A stretch of DNA of 64,000 bases, from contig NZ_JAFAND010000118.1 of assembly GCF_019232825.1 (NCBI RefSeq), forward strand, positions 7,498-71,497. Direction: 5' to 3'. Numbering within the stretch: position 1 is the stretch's first letter; each line of letters opens with the position of its first letter. This document shows, piece by piece, positions 9,292 to 19,393 of this stretch. A model generated the notes under the pieces. That model was given only the letters and a program-made list of their open reading frames with translations. It did not search any database and had not been told where the DNA came from. The stretch comes from Paludibacterium sp. (lineage in GTDB: Bacteria > Pseudomonadota > Gammaproteobacteria > Burkholderiales > Chromobacteriaceae). The translations under genes and the position numbers were made by a program.

Positions 9292-10698
9292 CTACGCCGC
9301 CAGCGTCTCGCCGATGCCGCGCAGGGTGCGCAGCAGCACCTCGCACTCGGCGTTCAACTTCGCCAAATGATCGATGCCTTTTTCCGGACACCCCGCCCGC
9401 GCCATGGCGGCGACCATCATGCACAGCTGCGCGGCGGGCACCGCCTTGAACTCCAGCAGCGATTGACGGAATTGCCGCGACAAATCCAGGACATGCTCCG
9501 ATTCGCCGCGGCTCAATGCCTGCTGCAGCGCGGCCAGCATCGAAGGCGCCTCGGCGAGGAAGGCATGGATCTGCTCCAGCGTGACCGGATACTCCGACTC
9601 CTCCAGCGAGCGCGCATAGTCGAATTCTTGATGGCTCGGCGAGGCCGTGCCGCCATCGCGCTCGCTCTCAGGGCGCTGTTGCGGCACTCTGACGACGAAG
9701 GTGCTGCCCGAGCCGATGGCGCTTTGCAACGCAATGTCGCCTTTCATGTGCCGCACTAAGCGGCGGGCCAGCGGCAAGCCGATGCCGACGCCGCCGACGC
9801 TGCGCGTCGAGGATGCGTCCACCTGGGAGAAAGGCTCGAAAATCCGCTCATGATGCGAAGCGGCGATACCGATGCCGGTGTCGGTGACGCGCAGCACCGT
9901 CTCGCGCGCGCCGCTCGAACTGTCGGACTGCAAGCGGACATGGATCGAACCGCGCAAGGTGAACTTGATCGCGTTGTCGACCAGTACCTCGGCAATTTGC
10001 TTCCACTGATGCGCCTCGCCGACGATCCAAGGCGGAAAAGTCGGATCGATGGTCAGAACGAGGTCGAGCCCTTTGGTCGATGCGTGCGCGGCCAGTTGCG
10101 ACACGGCGGCGGTGACGATGGCCGGCAGGTCGATGCGGCTTTGCTGGGTTTGCGCATCGTCGGCCTCGATCGAGATAAAACTTAGAATGGTGTCGATAAT
10201 CCTCAACAATCCAGTGGCCGAACCTTGCACATCCGTCAGCAGGCTGCGCTGCTGCGCGTCCAGCGCCGTGTCCAAGACCAAGTCGAGTATGCCCATGACG
10301 CCGTTGAGCGGGGTTCTGAGCTCATGGCTCATCGAGGCCAGGAATTCGCTTTTGGCCTGGTTGGCCGCCTCGGCCCGCTCCTTGGCCAGATTCAGTTCCC
10401 GCGTGCGCTCTTCCACAAGCTCGGTCAGATGCGCCTGATGCAGCAGCAGAGTGCGCTGCGACTGTTGCAGTTCGCGCGTGACTTTTTCGTTGGCGGCCAA
10501 CGCCTGATTCAGCGCCTCGGTGCGCGCCTTGACCTGCGCCTCCAGCATCAGCGTCGATTGGAACATGCCGAAATCCGATTCGGCGAGGCTGACACTGTTT
10601 TCGACGCGGTCCATCAGCACCTGAATGATGCGATCCCTGCGCGCCAACTCGGCGCGCAGCTCGTCCAGCGAGAGCGGAGCGTTGTCGACTGGCGTCAT
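9292..10698 (-). CDS. Soluble histidine kinase: coiled coil, HisKA, HATPase_c, C-terminal Hpt-like helical domain
   Basis: 468 aa, no TM segment. H-box [17 protein letters not shown]; N/G boxes (DNAIKF.., [15 protein letters not shown]). The C-terminal ~110 aa is helical and Hpt-like, but I could not find an HxxKG motif. Confidence 0.85.
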   Translation of the reverse strand: MTPVDNAPLSLDELRAELARRDRIIQVLMDRVENSVSLAESDFGMFQSTLMLEAQVKARTEALNQALAANEKVTRELQQSQRTLLLHQAHLTELVEERTRELNLAKERAEAANQAKSEFLASMSHELRTPLNGVMGILDLVLDTALDAQQRSLLTDVQGSATGLLRIIDTILSFISIEADDAQTQQSRIDLPAIVTAAVSQLAAHASTKGLDLVLTIDPTFPPWIVGEAHQWKQIAEVLVDNAIKFTLRGSIHVRLQSDSSSGARETVLRVTDTGIGIAASHHERIFEPFSQVDASSTRSVGGVGIGLPLARRLVRHMKGDIALQSAIGSGSTFVVRVPQQRPESERDGGTASPSHQEFDYARSLEESEYPVTLEQIHAFLAEAPSMLAALQQALSRGESEHVLDLSRQFRQSLLEFKAVPAAQLCMMVAAMARAGCPEKGIDHLAKLNAECEVLLRTLRGIGETLAA

Positions 10699-11837
10699 GA
10701 CGCTTTCTCCGGCAGTTGTCCGAAGGCCACGCCGGTCAGCGTCTGATTGATATGCACCCCGCGCAACTGTTCGCCATAGGTGGCGAAGCCCACCATGTTG
10801 TGGTCGGTATAGAGCGTGTTCATTCGTTCGTCGAGGTGACGCTGCTGAATCTCCAGCCGGCGCAGAATGCAGTCCGAACCGAAGATCGCTACCGGCGGGC
10901 CGCCCAATGCGCTCTCGACCTCGTCAAAAGCGTCGCTCAGATTGCGAACCATATCCCCACCTTGCGCCAGGTGCAGCACCATGCCCTCCTCGATGGCGCA
11001 ATAGAACTTCAGCGCGCCGCCGGGCAACGTCTGCTGGATCGCGCGGACATAATGCCGGTCGCCGACTTTGACCACGACCGGCGTCTTCGAGAACAGCTCC
11101 GGGAGACGCTCGTCCTCGACGACACCAGCGCAACGCGCATACTCTTTGGCGGCCGGCAGGCCGTTGATTTCATAGACAATGCGCTGCGCCTCGTCGGCCT
11201 TCGTCACCACCATGCGTTCGGGCAACACGTGAAAATGCTGGGTCATGAACAAATGAAACGGCAATTGCGTTGCAACCAGCGCCAGCACCATTTCACCGCT
11301 ATGGAACGCGCCGTCGTGATAAACGTGGGTCTGCCGGAACGCGAGGTCGTCCCCCGCCGAACCGCCCACCATGAAGGTGGCGCCCAATGCGTTCTGCACG
11401 GTGCGCGAAACGGCCTCCTCCTTGATGGAGAGCCCGTCGATCAGTTGGAGCGCAAAAGTATTGGTCGACTGCACCCAATAGCCCTTGGCGGCAAGGCGCT
11501 CGCGCATGCCGTGCACTTGCTGCTGGCAGTCTTCGGCATCGAACGACGGTAGCAGCGGGAGATGGCAGACCTCGGCCAGGCACCATGGCGCGCAAAAGCC
11601 GATGCCGCTGATCGTGTGCTGATGAAAACCCTTGGGGCCAAACGCGCCGGCGGCGGTACAGCCGATAACGGGGATCTCGCCGAAGCGCCGGGCCAGTTCG
11701 GCCGCCATGCGGTCAAGCGCGAAGTCGCTGGAGCAGAAAAAGACCACCAAGGCCAAATCGGGATGCATGATGTCGCGGTGAAACGCCTCGACGGCGTCCG
11801 CCGCCTCCGCCAGGCATGATTGCGCGGTCCGGATCAT
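10695..11837 (-). CDS. FIST domain signal-sensing protein
   Basis: About 380 aa, FIST_N/FIST_C-like (..[10 protein letters not shown].., ..[10 protein letters not shown].. near the C-terminus). Start at MIRTAQS (ATG 11837) has GGAGAG 6 nt upstream. The stop overlaps the kinase start (ATGA). Confidence 0.8.
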   Translation of the reverse strand: MIRTAQSCLAEAADAVEAFHRDIMHPDLALVVFFCSSDFALDRMAAELARRFGEIPVIGCTAAGAFGPKGFHQHTISGIGFCAPWCLAEVCHLPLLPSFDAEDCQQQVHGMRERLAAKGYWVQSTNTFALQLIDGLSIKEEAVSRTVQNALGATFMVGGSAGDDLAFRQTHVYHDGAFHSGEMVLALVATQLPFHLFMTQHFHVLPERMVVTKADEAQRIVYEINGLPAAKEYARCAGVVEDERLPELFSKTPVVVKVGDRHYVRAIQQTLPGGALKFYCAIEEGMVLHLAQGGDMVRNLSDAFDEVESALGGPPVAIFGSDCILRRLEIQQRHLDERMNTLYTDHNMVGFATYGEQLRGVHINQTLTGVAFGQLPEKAS

Positions 11838-11958
11838 GTTGCTCTCCTGATGGCACTGCCGCCGAAAGACCATCGCGGCGATGCGGCTATCTCATTATCC
11901 TATTTATTATGGATACATCTGCAATCATTACAATGCACATATTCTTAAGCCAAGACCG

Positions 11959-13170
11959 CTAGCGAGGCAACGTCAATCCTTTTTGCACCCGCCAAGACAA
12001 GGGCAAGGTCAACAACAGAACAAGCGCCAGCGCCATGACCGCGCTGGTAACGCCAGCCACGTCGCCCAAGCGGCCGAACAGCACCGGCGACAGCGCGCCG
12101 CCGCCGATGGTGCCGGTATAGAACAGCGCGAACGCCTGTTCGCGTTTGCCGGCGCCGGCAAGCTCAGGCACCGTGCCATACAGCACCGACGACGTGCCGT
12201 TCAACGCAAGGCCCATCAGCGGCAAGATCGCCATCGCGCCGGTCAACGGCAACGCCCATTCCGCGGCAATCAAGAGCGACGTCGCCGACTCCGTCAGCCA
12301 GACGGTTCTCATCATGCCGATGCGCGCGCCCAGATAGCCGCAAAACAGCTTGCCGAATGCGCCGCCGATGAACAACAGCGACAGCGCCAAACCGATGCCG
12401 GCGGTGCCGGCGCCCTTGCTTTTGAGCAGGAACGGCAAAAAGGTGAGAAAGCCCATGCGCACCGCGCTGTCGACGACGCCCGTGGCAAGCAGCGCGTGAA
12501 GCCCCGCGGACGAACCCCGCCCCGCCTCCGTCTTGATCGCGCCCGCCGTGTGCGCGGCCGTCTCCCGCCGCGCGGGAATCAGCCACCACAGAAACCCCGC
12601 GGCGCCGAGGCCGACAAGGCCCATCAGCCGCACGCTGACGCGCCAGCTCACCGCCGTCAGCAGCAGCCCCACCAATGCCGGAATCAGTGTTTTGCCAATA
12701 TCGCCGGCAAAGTTATATTGCGCCAGCGCCTGCTTGCCGCCGCCCGCTTCGAAATGATCGGCCACCATCGTCGAGGCCAGGGGGTGCTGCGTGCTGGCGC
12801 CCAATCCGCCCAGCAGCAGCGCCGCCAGCAGCATCGCCAAGCCGCCGGCCTGCCCGGCCAGCAGATACGCCATGCCGGCCAACGCCGTCCCCCCCACCAG
12901 CAGCCGCGTGCGCCCCCAGCGTCTGGCGGCGCGGCTGGCCAATAGCTGAAAACCCGCCATCGAACCGGAATAGGCGCCGCGCAGCAACCCCACCAGCGCA
13001 TAGCTGATCGCGAACTGAGCCTGCCAAACCGGCAGCAACACATAGATCAAATCGGTCAAGCCATCGTGGATGGCATGGGCGCTGCAGGCAGCCAGCAAGG
13101 CGCGTCGACGCGAGGCGGCATCGCCGGCTGTCGACGTTAGCGCTAAGGCGGCACTGTTCGGTTGGCTCAT
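11959..13170 (-). CDS. MFS transporter
   Basis: 403 aa, 12 predicted hydrophobic spans, MFS-type loop motifs. Confidence 0.85.
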   Translation of the reverse strand: MSQPNSAALALTSTAGDAASRRRALLAACSAHAIHDGLTDLIYVLLPVWQAQFAISYALVGLLRGAYSGSMAGFQLLASRAARRWGRTRLLVGGTALAGMAYLLAGQAGGLAMLLAALLLGGLGASTQHPLASTMVADHFEAGGGKQALAQYNFAGDIGKTLIPALVGLLLTAVSWRVSVRLMGLVGLGAAGFLWWLIPARRETAAHTAGAIKTEAGRGSSAGLHALLATGVVDSAVRMGFLTFLPFLLKSKGAGTAGIGLALSLLFIGGAFGKLFCGYLGARIGMMRTVWLTESATSLLIAAEWALPLTGAMAILPLMGLALNGTSSVLYGTVPELAGAGKREQAFALFYTGTIGGGALSPVLFGRLGDVAGVTSAVMALALVLLLTLPLSWRVQKGLTLPR

Positions 13171-13345
13171 CGTGACAAGAGGACGCTATCGGAAGCAATC
13201 ATTTAATCAGATTGCAACCATAACGGAAAGACAGTATGAAAATAGGCTAGGCTGTGGCCATCCCGACCGGCTAAAGACCCCGTATGACCGGCTTCTCCCG
13301 CTTGCCCTGTTTGCCGGCGCCTAGCCATGGCCAGCCGGGACTGAA

Positions 13346-14623
13346 TCAGGCCACGGCCGCCGCCAGCGCGCGCCGATGGATGCGCAGCACCAGCACGGCG
13401 GCGAGCAGGCACAAGCCGCCGGACATCATCGTCGCCACGGTATAGGTGCCCAGGCTGTTGCGCAACATGCCGCCCACCAAGGCCGCCGCCGCGGCCCCCA
13501 GCTGATGGCCGGCCACTACCCAGCCGAACACCACCGGCGCGTCTTCCGAGCCGAACACATCGTGCGTCAATCGCACCGTCGGCGGCACCGTCGCCACCCA
13601 ATCCAACCCATAGAACAAGCCGAACAGCGGCAGGCCGAAGTAAGTCAGGCCGAAGGCGTAGGGCAGGTAAATCAACGCCAGCCCGCGCAGGCCGTAGTAC
13701 CAGAACAGCAACACGCGATTGTTGAAACGGTCCGACAGCCAGCCGGACAATGTGGTGCCGATCAGGTCGAGCGCTCCCATGGCAGCCAAAATGCTCGCGC
13801 CTTTCACCTCGCTGATGCCGTAGTCGCCGCACATGGCGATAAAGTGGGTGCCGATATAGCCGTTGGTGCTGGCGCCGCAGACGAAAAAGCTGAAGAACAG
13901 CAGCCAGAAGTCGCGCGACGACGACGCCCGCCGCAACGCGCCAAAGGCGATGGCAATGGGGTTGTGACGATGGTCGCCATCGCCTGGATGCGCGCCTACC
14001 GGCGCGCCATACAGCGGCAGGCTGACGCTGGACGGACGCTCCGGCAGCAGCCAGTAAACCAGCGGCAAAATCGCCGCCGCGCCGACGGCCACGGTCAACA
14101 CCACCGGCCGCCAGCCATACGCTTCGACGATGGCCGCGAGCACCGGCAAGATCGCCAGCTGGCCGGTGGCCGAGCTGGCGGAGAGAATTCCCATGGCCAG
14201 GCCGCGCCGCTTGACGAACCAGCGATTGACGATGGTGGCGCCGAGCGTCATGGCCGTCACGCCGGTGCAACCGCCGACGATCACCCCCCAGATCAGCAGC
14301 AGCTGCCACTGATGGCGCATCAGGCTCGAGGCGGCGATGGCGCCGGCCAGCGCAACCAGCGAGAACAACACCGTGCGGCGCAAGCCGAAGCGCTGCATCG
14401 CGGCGGCGGAGAACGGTCCCATCAGACCGAACAATGCCAAGTTGATCGACAGCGCCAGTGAAATCGCCGCCCGGTTCCAACCGAAATCGTGCTCCAGCGG
14501 CAGAATCATCACACTGGGCGTAGCACGCGTGCCGGCGGTGATCAGCATCACTAAAAACGTCACACCCAAAACGACCCAGGCGTAATGAAAACGGCCACGA
14601 GCCCAGTCGGCGATCAGCTGCAT
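13346..14623 (-). CDS. MFS transporter
   Basis: 425 aa, 12 hydrophobic spans (..MGPFSAAAMQRFGLRRTV.. MFS motif A-like). Divergent from the TetR gene. Confidence 0.85.
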   Translation of the reverse strand: MQLIADWARGRFHYAWVVLGVTFLVMLITAGTRATPSVMILPLEHDFGWNRAAISLALSINLALFGLMGPFSAAAMQRFGLRRTVLFSLVALAGAIAASSLMRHQWQLLLIWGVIVGGCTGVTAMTLGATIVNRWFVKRRGLAMGILSASSATGQLAILPVLAAIVEAYGWRPVVLTVAVGAAAILPLVYWLLPERPSSVSLPLYGAPVGAHPGDGDHRHNPIAIAFGALRRASSSRDFWLLFFSFFVCGASTNGYIGTHFIAMCGDYGISEVKGASILAAMGALDLIGTTLSGWLSDRFNNRVLLFWYYGLRGLALIYLPYAFGLTYFGLPLFGLFYGLDWVATVPPTVRLTHDVFGSEDAPVVFGWVVAGHQLGAAAAALVGGMLRNSLGTYTVATMMSGGLCLLAAVLVLRIHRRALAAAVA

Positions 14624-14743
14624 GGGTTTCTCCTTGTCTTGTCTTGATCTTATATTGAATGTCGCAGTTGTTACTAGTCAGTCACATTGTTGTCATACTA
14701 TGTACCGAGCGGTAACATGTCAACCCTATCGAGGAGAAGATGC

Positions 14744-15364
14744 ATGAATGGCGAAATGGCCACGCCGGCCAAACCGGTCCGCAAGATGCTGCAGGCGGCG
14801 GAGGCGCAAACCCGCATTCTGGAAGCGGTGGACGAGCTGTTCTATCGCGAGGGCGCCCGCGCCGTCAGTGTGGACGAAGTGGTCAAACGCGCCGGCGTCA
14901 ACAAGATGAGCGTCTACCGCCAGTTTCACTCCAAGGAAGATTTGATGCTGCATTACCTGGCGCGGCGCGACCAACGTTTCTGGCACTACATCAACGTCAG
15001 TCTGGCCAAACACCCGGACCGGCCGGGCGCGCAATTACGCCAGCTGTTCGCCGATTTGGCGCAACGCACGACGCAGCCAAACTACCGCGGCTGCCCGTTC
15101 GTCAACATCGCCTGCGAATTTCCCGACCCCACTCATCCCGCGCGGCGCGCGGTGGCGCAAAACAAACGTCAGCTGATCCAACGCCTGCGTGAACTGACGG
15201 CACAGGCCGGCGCGCGCGACGCGCGCATGCTGGCGGATGGCCTGGCCATCTTGATCGAGGGGGCTTACGCCGCGAGCCAGACCTATTCGCCGGATGACTC
15301 GCCGCTCAGCGGGCTGCCGCAGGTGGCCGACACGCTCCTACGCGCGGCGGGCGTGAACGATTAA
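14744..15364 (+). CDS. TetR/AcrR family transcriptional regulator
   Basis: N-terminal TetR HTH (ILEAVDELFYREGARAVSVDEVVKRAGVNKMSVYRQF). Start chosen at MNGEMATPAK, with GAGGAGAAG upstream. Confidence 0.85.
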   Translation: MNGEMATPAKPVRKMLQAAEAQTRILEAVDELFYREGARAVSVDEVVKRAGVNKMSVYRQFHSKEDLMLHYLARRDQRFWHYINVSLAKHPDRPGAQLRQLFADLAQRTTQPNYRGCPFVNIACEFPDPTHPARRAVAQNKRQLIQRLRELTAQAGARDARMLADGLAILIEGAYAASQTYSPDDSPLSGLPQVADTLLRAAGVND

Positions 15365-15921
15365 AGGGTATTTGCCGCGCGGCGAAAGAGCAGCGTGTCC
15401 TCGCCGTTCATCTGCACACGTTGCGGTGCGCCATAGCCCACCTTTTCCGCCAGCCGGATCGAAGGCAGATTCTCCGGCGCGATCAGACAGACGCTATGGC
15501 CATACCCCTGCCCGTCCAGCCACGCCAATGCGGTGGACAACGCCTCGGTCGCGTAGCCTTTGCCGTGCGCCCATGGCGCCAGCGCCCACCCCGCCTCGGG
15601 TACCCCACTGATCGACGGCGCCATCATGCGATGGAAGTCGGCGAAGCCCAGATCGCCGACGTAACGGCCGCTAACCTTCTCTCTCACGCGCCAATAGCCG
15701 AAACCCAATAGCGCCCATAACCCGCGATACGACAGCATCCGGCGCCACGATTCGCTCGGCGTGGAAGGCTTGCCGCCGATGTAGCGCACCACATCGGGCG
15801 CCGCCCACATTGCGGCCAAAGGCTCGAAATCCTCGCGTTCATGGCCGGAAAGAATCAACCGCGCGCTTTCCAACCGGGGCGGCGTCGCGGCCGGCTGTGA
15901 TGCTTCAGGTAATATCTGCAT
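15361..15921 (-). CDS. GNAT family N-acetyltransferase (RimJ/RimL-like)
   Basis: 186 aa, acetyl-CoA binding region (..WALAPWAHGKGYATEALSTAL..). Its stop overlaps the TetR stop by 4 nt (convergent). Confidence 0.85.
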   Translation of the reverse strand: MQILPEASQPAATPPRLESARLILSGHEREDFEPLAAMWAAPDVVRYIGGKPSTPSESWRRMLSYRGLWALLGFGYWRVREKVSGRYVGDLGFADFHRMMAPSISGVPEAGWALAPWAHGKGYATEALSTALAWLDGQGYGHSVCLIAPENLPSIRLAEKVGYGAPQRVQMNGEDTLLFRRAANTL

Positions 15922-16051
15922 ATTTTTTTCAAAATCACAAAAACCCTAGCATACGCCAACCGCGCAAACTCGACGCGGGAGCAAGGCATCGCCTACGCTC
16001 TGCGCGTCTTCATTCGGCTCGTCCGCCAACCCGTCCTGCGATGGAGGTCCC

Positions 16052-16372
16052 ATGACCACGAAACTGAACCTGGCGCGCTTGACCGCGCTACGTGACCACA
16101 TCATCCAGATGGGGCCCGCCGGCCACGACCTGTTGCGCGCAGCAGGGCTCGACACACTGCTGCCCGTGCTCGACCAGCTGACCGATACCTTGCCGCGGCT
16201 CGGCCTCGTCGCCGGCGAACTGGCCGATACCGGCCAAACCCTGTTGTTGATCAAAACCCGCCTGCTTCACCTCGGCGACCAGCAGGTCAACGCCGGTAGC
16301 GTGAGCGACCTGTTGGAACTGCCCTGCCTGAAACTGCAAGCACAGTCCGGCCGCCTCATCGCATTGCTCTAG
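16052..16372 (+). CDS. Hypothetical leucine-rich helical protein (106 aa)
   Basis: GGAGG lies 5 nt upstream of the ATG. Third-codon-position GC is very high, as in neighbouring genes. I recognise no family. Confidence 0.55.
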   Translation: MTTKLNLARLTALRDHIIQMGPAGHDLLRAAGLDTLLPVLDQLTDTLPRLGLVAGELADTGQTLLLIKTRLLHLGDQQVNAGSVSDLLELPCLKLQAQSGRLIALL

Positions 16373-16394
16373 GATCTGTCTGCAAACCCTAGAG
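16367..16394. repeat. REP-like hairpin element, copy 2 (CTCTAGGATCTGTCTGCAAACCCTAGAG)
   Basis: Same TCTGTCTGC core flanked by CTCTAGG/CCTAGAG arms. The element supplies the TAG stop codon of the 106-aa ORF. Confidence 0.6.
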
Positions 16395-16552
16395 AATCGG
16401 CGCGCGGCACGCGGGCGGCAACGATTGCCGGCCATTTTTGCCGCAGGGCGGCCGGCGCGCAAACGCCGGAGCCAGTTGCGGCCGCCGTCTCCGGCTCATG
16501 GCATGCGGTTTGCATAGAACATTGCACCTGGTTGATTTCATGAGGTGCTTCC

Positions 16553-17170
16553 ATGATCGATTCAATACAGAAAGCCTCAACGGCAAACAGTATCGCCGCG
16601 GTCAGCGCCGCGGGCGCCAAGGACGACTCATTTTCCACGCTCTACCAGGCGCAACAACAGACCAGCGCCGCCCAGAGCAACGAAACGGCCTCCGGCGGCG
16701 CACCGCCTTATGCGCTGTTTTCCGCGGCACTGCTGCCCACGCCGGAAAATATCGAGAAGTTGCGCCAGCAAGCAGAGGGCTTGTTGACTCAACAAATGGG
16801 CGCTGCGGGGCTAAGCACCGCCCCCGCCTTCGATATCAACGAGGATCTGGCCACCGGCCGGATGACCATCAGCGGCAACCGGCCGGATAAAGACAAGATC
16901 GAGGCGCTGATCAACGGCAACAACACACTGCGGATGGCTTTGCACAACGCCAGCGCGCTGGCCTCGCAGCTGCCCGCCATGCAGGCTGGCGCCCAATATG
17001 CCCAAGCTTGGCAGCAGGCCGGCACCGACGAGCAGCGCAATGCGGTCTACAACTACTTCCGCTCGCTGTTCGACAGCTTGCCGGGCCAAACACATACCCA
17101 GCTCAGCATGGGACCGTCTGGTCTCGGGCTGACGCTCAACGGCCAGGTCATCTCCTCGACGTCAAGCTAG
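16553..17170 (+). CDS. Hypothetical Ala/Gln-rich protein (205 aa)
   Basis: GAGGTG lies 5 nt upstream. Coding-like codon bias, no signal peptide or TM segment, no recognisable family. Confidence 0.55.
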   Translation: MIDSIQKASTANSIAAVSAAGAKDDSFSTLYQAQQQTSAAQSNETASGGAPPYALFSAALLPTPENIEKLRQQAEGLLTQQMGAAGLSTAPAFDINEDLATGRMTISGNRPDKDKIEALINGNNTLRMALHNASALASQLPAMQAGAQYAQAWQQAGTDEQRNAVYNYFRSLFDSLPGQTHTQLSMGPSGLGLTLNGQVISSTSS

Positions 17171-17272
17171 CAGCCGCTTCCCACGCGATGTCCAATAGGG
17201 AAGAGACATGATGGTTTTATCGTACTAAGATGCGTTCTGACAGCCGCCACGCGGCGTACCGTGAGATTCTTG

Positions 17273-18067
17273 ATGAACGCAGAACAGCAGCAAATTCAAA
17301 CCGCCGTGCAGCAAGGCGATTACGCAAAGGCGGAAGGCTTGATCGAACAGGTCCTGCAGCAACACCCCAACAGTGCCAAAGCGCATTACATTCATGCGGA
17401 GGTCTTGGCGCATACGGGCAAGCCTGCACAAGCGCAGCAGGAAGTTGCCGCGGCAAAACAGCTCGACCCGAAAATCGGTTTCACCTCGCCGGAAAAACTC
17501 GGCAAGTTCGAGGCCTATTTGGATGTCGCCGCACACGCCAAACAACAGACCCACACCGCCGCCCAGACCGTGGCGGTCACGCCGGCGCAGCCGGTAGAGA
17601 ACCAGCCGATCGGGATTATGCCGATCGTCATCGGCTTGTTGGCGTTGGTGCTGATCACGCTGCTCGTCAGCCGGCTATTCCGTCGCCCGGCGGCGACTCA
17701 GAACGGCGGCTACCCGCCAGGCAGCCAGGGTTATGGCGGCGCGCAGAATTACCCGGTGGGGACCAATGGCGGCACCACCATCATCAACAACGGCAGCAGT
17801 ACGGGCAGCAACGTGGCGGCCGGGCTGGGCGGCCTCGCGGCCGGCATGATGCTGGAGCGCGCGCTGGACGATCGCCGGGATGAGGGTTACCGCGAGGAAA
17901 TGCTGCGCGAACAGGATGGTTACCGTCAGCCACTCGACAATCGCGAGGCGGACTACGCACAGCAGCAATTGGACGATCAGCCGTTCGACATGGGCAACAA
18001 CGACGGCAGTTGGGACGACAGTTCGGGGCCGATCGACGACTCGATCAGCAATAGCGACAGCTGGTAA
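17273..18067 (+). CDS. TPR-like, single-TM protein with Gly-rich and acidic C-terminal tail
   Basis: N-terminal TPR-like helices (GDYAKAEGLIEQVLQQHPNSAKAHYIHAEVLAHTGKPAQA), TM segment IGIMPIVIGLLALVLITLLVSRLF, then a G/N/S-rich and D/E-rich tail. The start is ambiguous (GTG 17261 or ATG 17273). Confidence 0.65.
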   Translation: MNAEQQQIQTAVQQGDYAKAEGLIEQVLQQHPNSAKAHYIHAEVLAHTGKPAQAQQEVAAAKQLDPKIGFTSPEKLGKFEAYLDVAAHAKQQTHTAAQTVAVTPAQPVENQPIGIMPIVIGLLALVLITLLVSRLFRRPAATQNGGYPPGSQGYGGAQNYPVGTNGGTTIINNGSSTGSNVAAGLGGLAAGMMLERALDDRRDEGYREEMLREQDGYRQPLDNREADYAQQQLDDQPFDMGNNDGSWDDSSGPIDDSISNSDSW

Positions 18068-18106
18068 GCCACTGACGGTCTGCTCGAAAACAGACCCTAA
18101 CCGCAC

Positions 18107-18135
18107 GGACCGGCGTGACGCGCCGGTCCGTTTTT
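18107..18135 (+). terminator. Intrinsic terminator after the TPR-like gene
   Basis: GGACCGGCG-tgacg-CGCCGGTCC followed by GTTTTT. The T-tract abuts the stop of the convergent GNAT gene. Confidence 0.7.
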
Positions 18136-18815
18136 CATTGTCGTGCCAACACCGCCACGTTGACCTCGGCGCGCAAGCGGAAGCCGAGCTGATGATAGAG
18201 ATCGATGGCCGGTTGATTGCTCTGCCATGCATGCAGGAAGGGAAGCTCGCCGCGCGCTTGGATCGCGGCGGCCACTGCGGCGGACAAACGGCGCGCCAGG
18301 CCTTGGCCGCGAAAGTCGGGATGGGTGCAAACGCCGCTGACTTCGGTGAAGCCCGGCATATGCATGCGCTCGCCGGCCATGGCCGCCAGACGGCCATCCA
18401 GGCGAATGCCGAGAAAACGCCCCATGGCATGGGTGCGCGCCAAGAAGGGCCCCGGTTCGGTCATCGTCGCCAACGCCAACATGTCGGGCGCGTCGGCGTC
18501 GGTCAATGCCACGATCTCGCCCGGTCCTGCAGGCACAGGCGAGATCGGCGTTTCCGCCAACATCTGCACTCCCATGGCGCGTTTGAGCGCCTTAAGACCG
18601 CAAGGGACGACAATCGGCGGCACTTGCAGCACGAATACCCGCTCATCGGGCGCCACCAGGGCCTTGAGCGCACGCCGCGCCTCGGCGCCGTCATCGCTGG
18701 CGGAGGCAAACAAATTGACGTCGCGTTGGTAACGGCGCGCCATCGCGCCGCCTTCGGCCAATGGCGCATGGTGCGTAATCAAGCTACTCCATACCGGCCG
18801 GTCCAGTGCCTTCAT
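18135..18815 (-). CDS. GNAT family acetyltransferase
   Basis: 226 aa. C-terminal GNAT core (..VCTHPDFRGQGLARRLSAAVAAAI..). Overlaps the upstream MarR gene by 32 nt, so probably one operon. Confidence 0.75.
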   Translation of the reverse strand: MKALDRPVWSSLITHHAPLAEGGAMARRYQRDVNLFASASDDGAEARRALKALVAPDERVFVLQVPPIVVPCGLKALKRAMGVQMLAETPISPVPAGPGEIVALTDADAPDMLALATMTEPGPFLARTHAMGRFLGIRLDGRLAAMAGERMHMPGFTEVSGVCTHPDFRGQGLARRLSAAVAAAIQARGELPFLHAWQSNQPAIDLYHQLGFRLRAEVNVAVLARQ

Positions 18816-19308
18816 CGCCCCCTCCTATTGCCGCATAGCCGGCACGGCGGCTCAGCGTTCGTTCGGCCAACGCGTCTTCCAGCGCGGCCAGTTGTTCAAG
18901 CAGCGAACCGGACAGCGGCACGCAGATAGCGGCCACCACCGACGCCACTTGGCGCCAAGCGTGCGCCTTGGCCTGCTCGACGATGGCCCTCCCTTGCGGC
19001 GTCAGCATCACCGCGCGCACGCGCCGGTCGTCCACCTCGGCGCACGTGCCAACCCACCCCGAGGTTTCCAATTTTTCCAGCATGCGCGTCACCGCCGGCT
19101 GGCTCACCCCCAACGCCAAAGCAAGCTCCCCCACCGGCAGCGGGCCCGAACGATCGAGCGCGGCCAATGCCGGACAAAGCGATGCAGGAATATCGATACC
19201 AGCCTGCGCCAATACATCCTGCGTCTGGGCCTGCAGGCTCTCGCCCAGACGTTTCATGCGGCTGCCAAGCGTCATGTAGCCCAGCGCCTTGACGATGTCC
19301 TCGGCCAT
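18784..19308 (-). CDS. MarR family transcriptional regulator
   Basis: wHTH region (..PVGELALALGVSQPAVTRMLEKLETSGWV..DDRRVRAVMLTPQG). Start at MAEDIVKALGY has GGGAGGGG upstream. The track start at 19332 would run into the operator palindrome. Confidence 0.85.
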   Translation of the reverse strand: MAEDIVKALGYMTLGSRMKRLGESLQAQTQDVLAQAGIDIPASLCPALAALDRSGPLPVGELALALGVSQPAVTRMLEKLETSGWVGTCAEVDDRRVRAVMLTPQGRAIVEQAKAHAWRQVASVVAAICVPLSGSLLEQLAALEDALAERTLSRRAGYAAIGGGDEGTGPAGME

Positions 19309-19331
19309 ATTCCCCTCCCGTGACATGCGCA

Positions 19332-19353
19332 TTTATATAACACGTTATATAAA
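19332..19353. promoter_or_regulatory. Perfect 10-2-10 palindrome, probable MarR operator
   Basis: TTTATATAAC-AC-GTTATATAAA, 24 nt upstream of the MarR ATG. It is AT-rich and overlaps any plausible -10 region. Confidence 0.5.
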
Positions 19354-19393
19354 AACACAATCCCGTAGCCCGCGCCACGTCCTCGGATTCAGA

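Noticed and set aside
14624-14743. Possible TetR operator in the MFS/TetR divergent region (ACTAGT-centred sequence near 14672, CATACTATG near-palindrome).
   Set aside because: I could not find a convincing inverted repeat of operator length. The matches are 5-6 bp and widely spaced, so no call was made.
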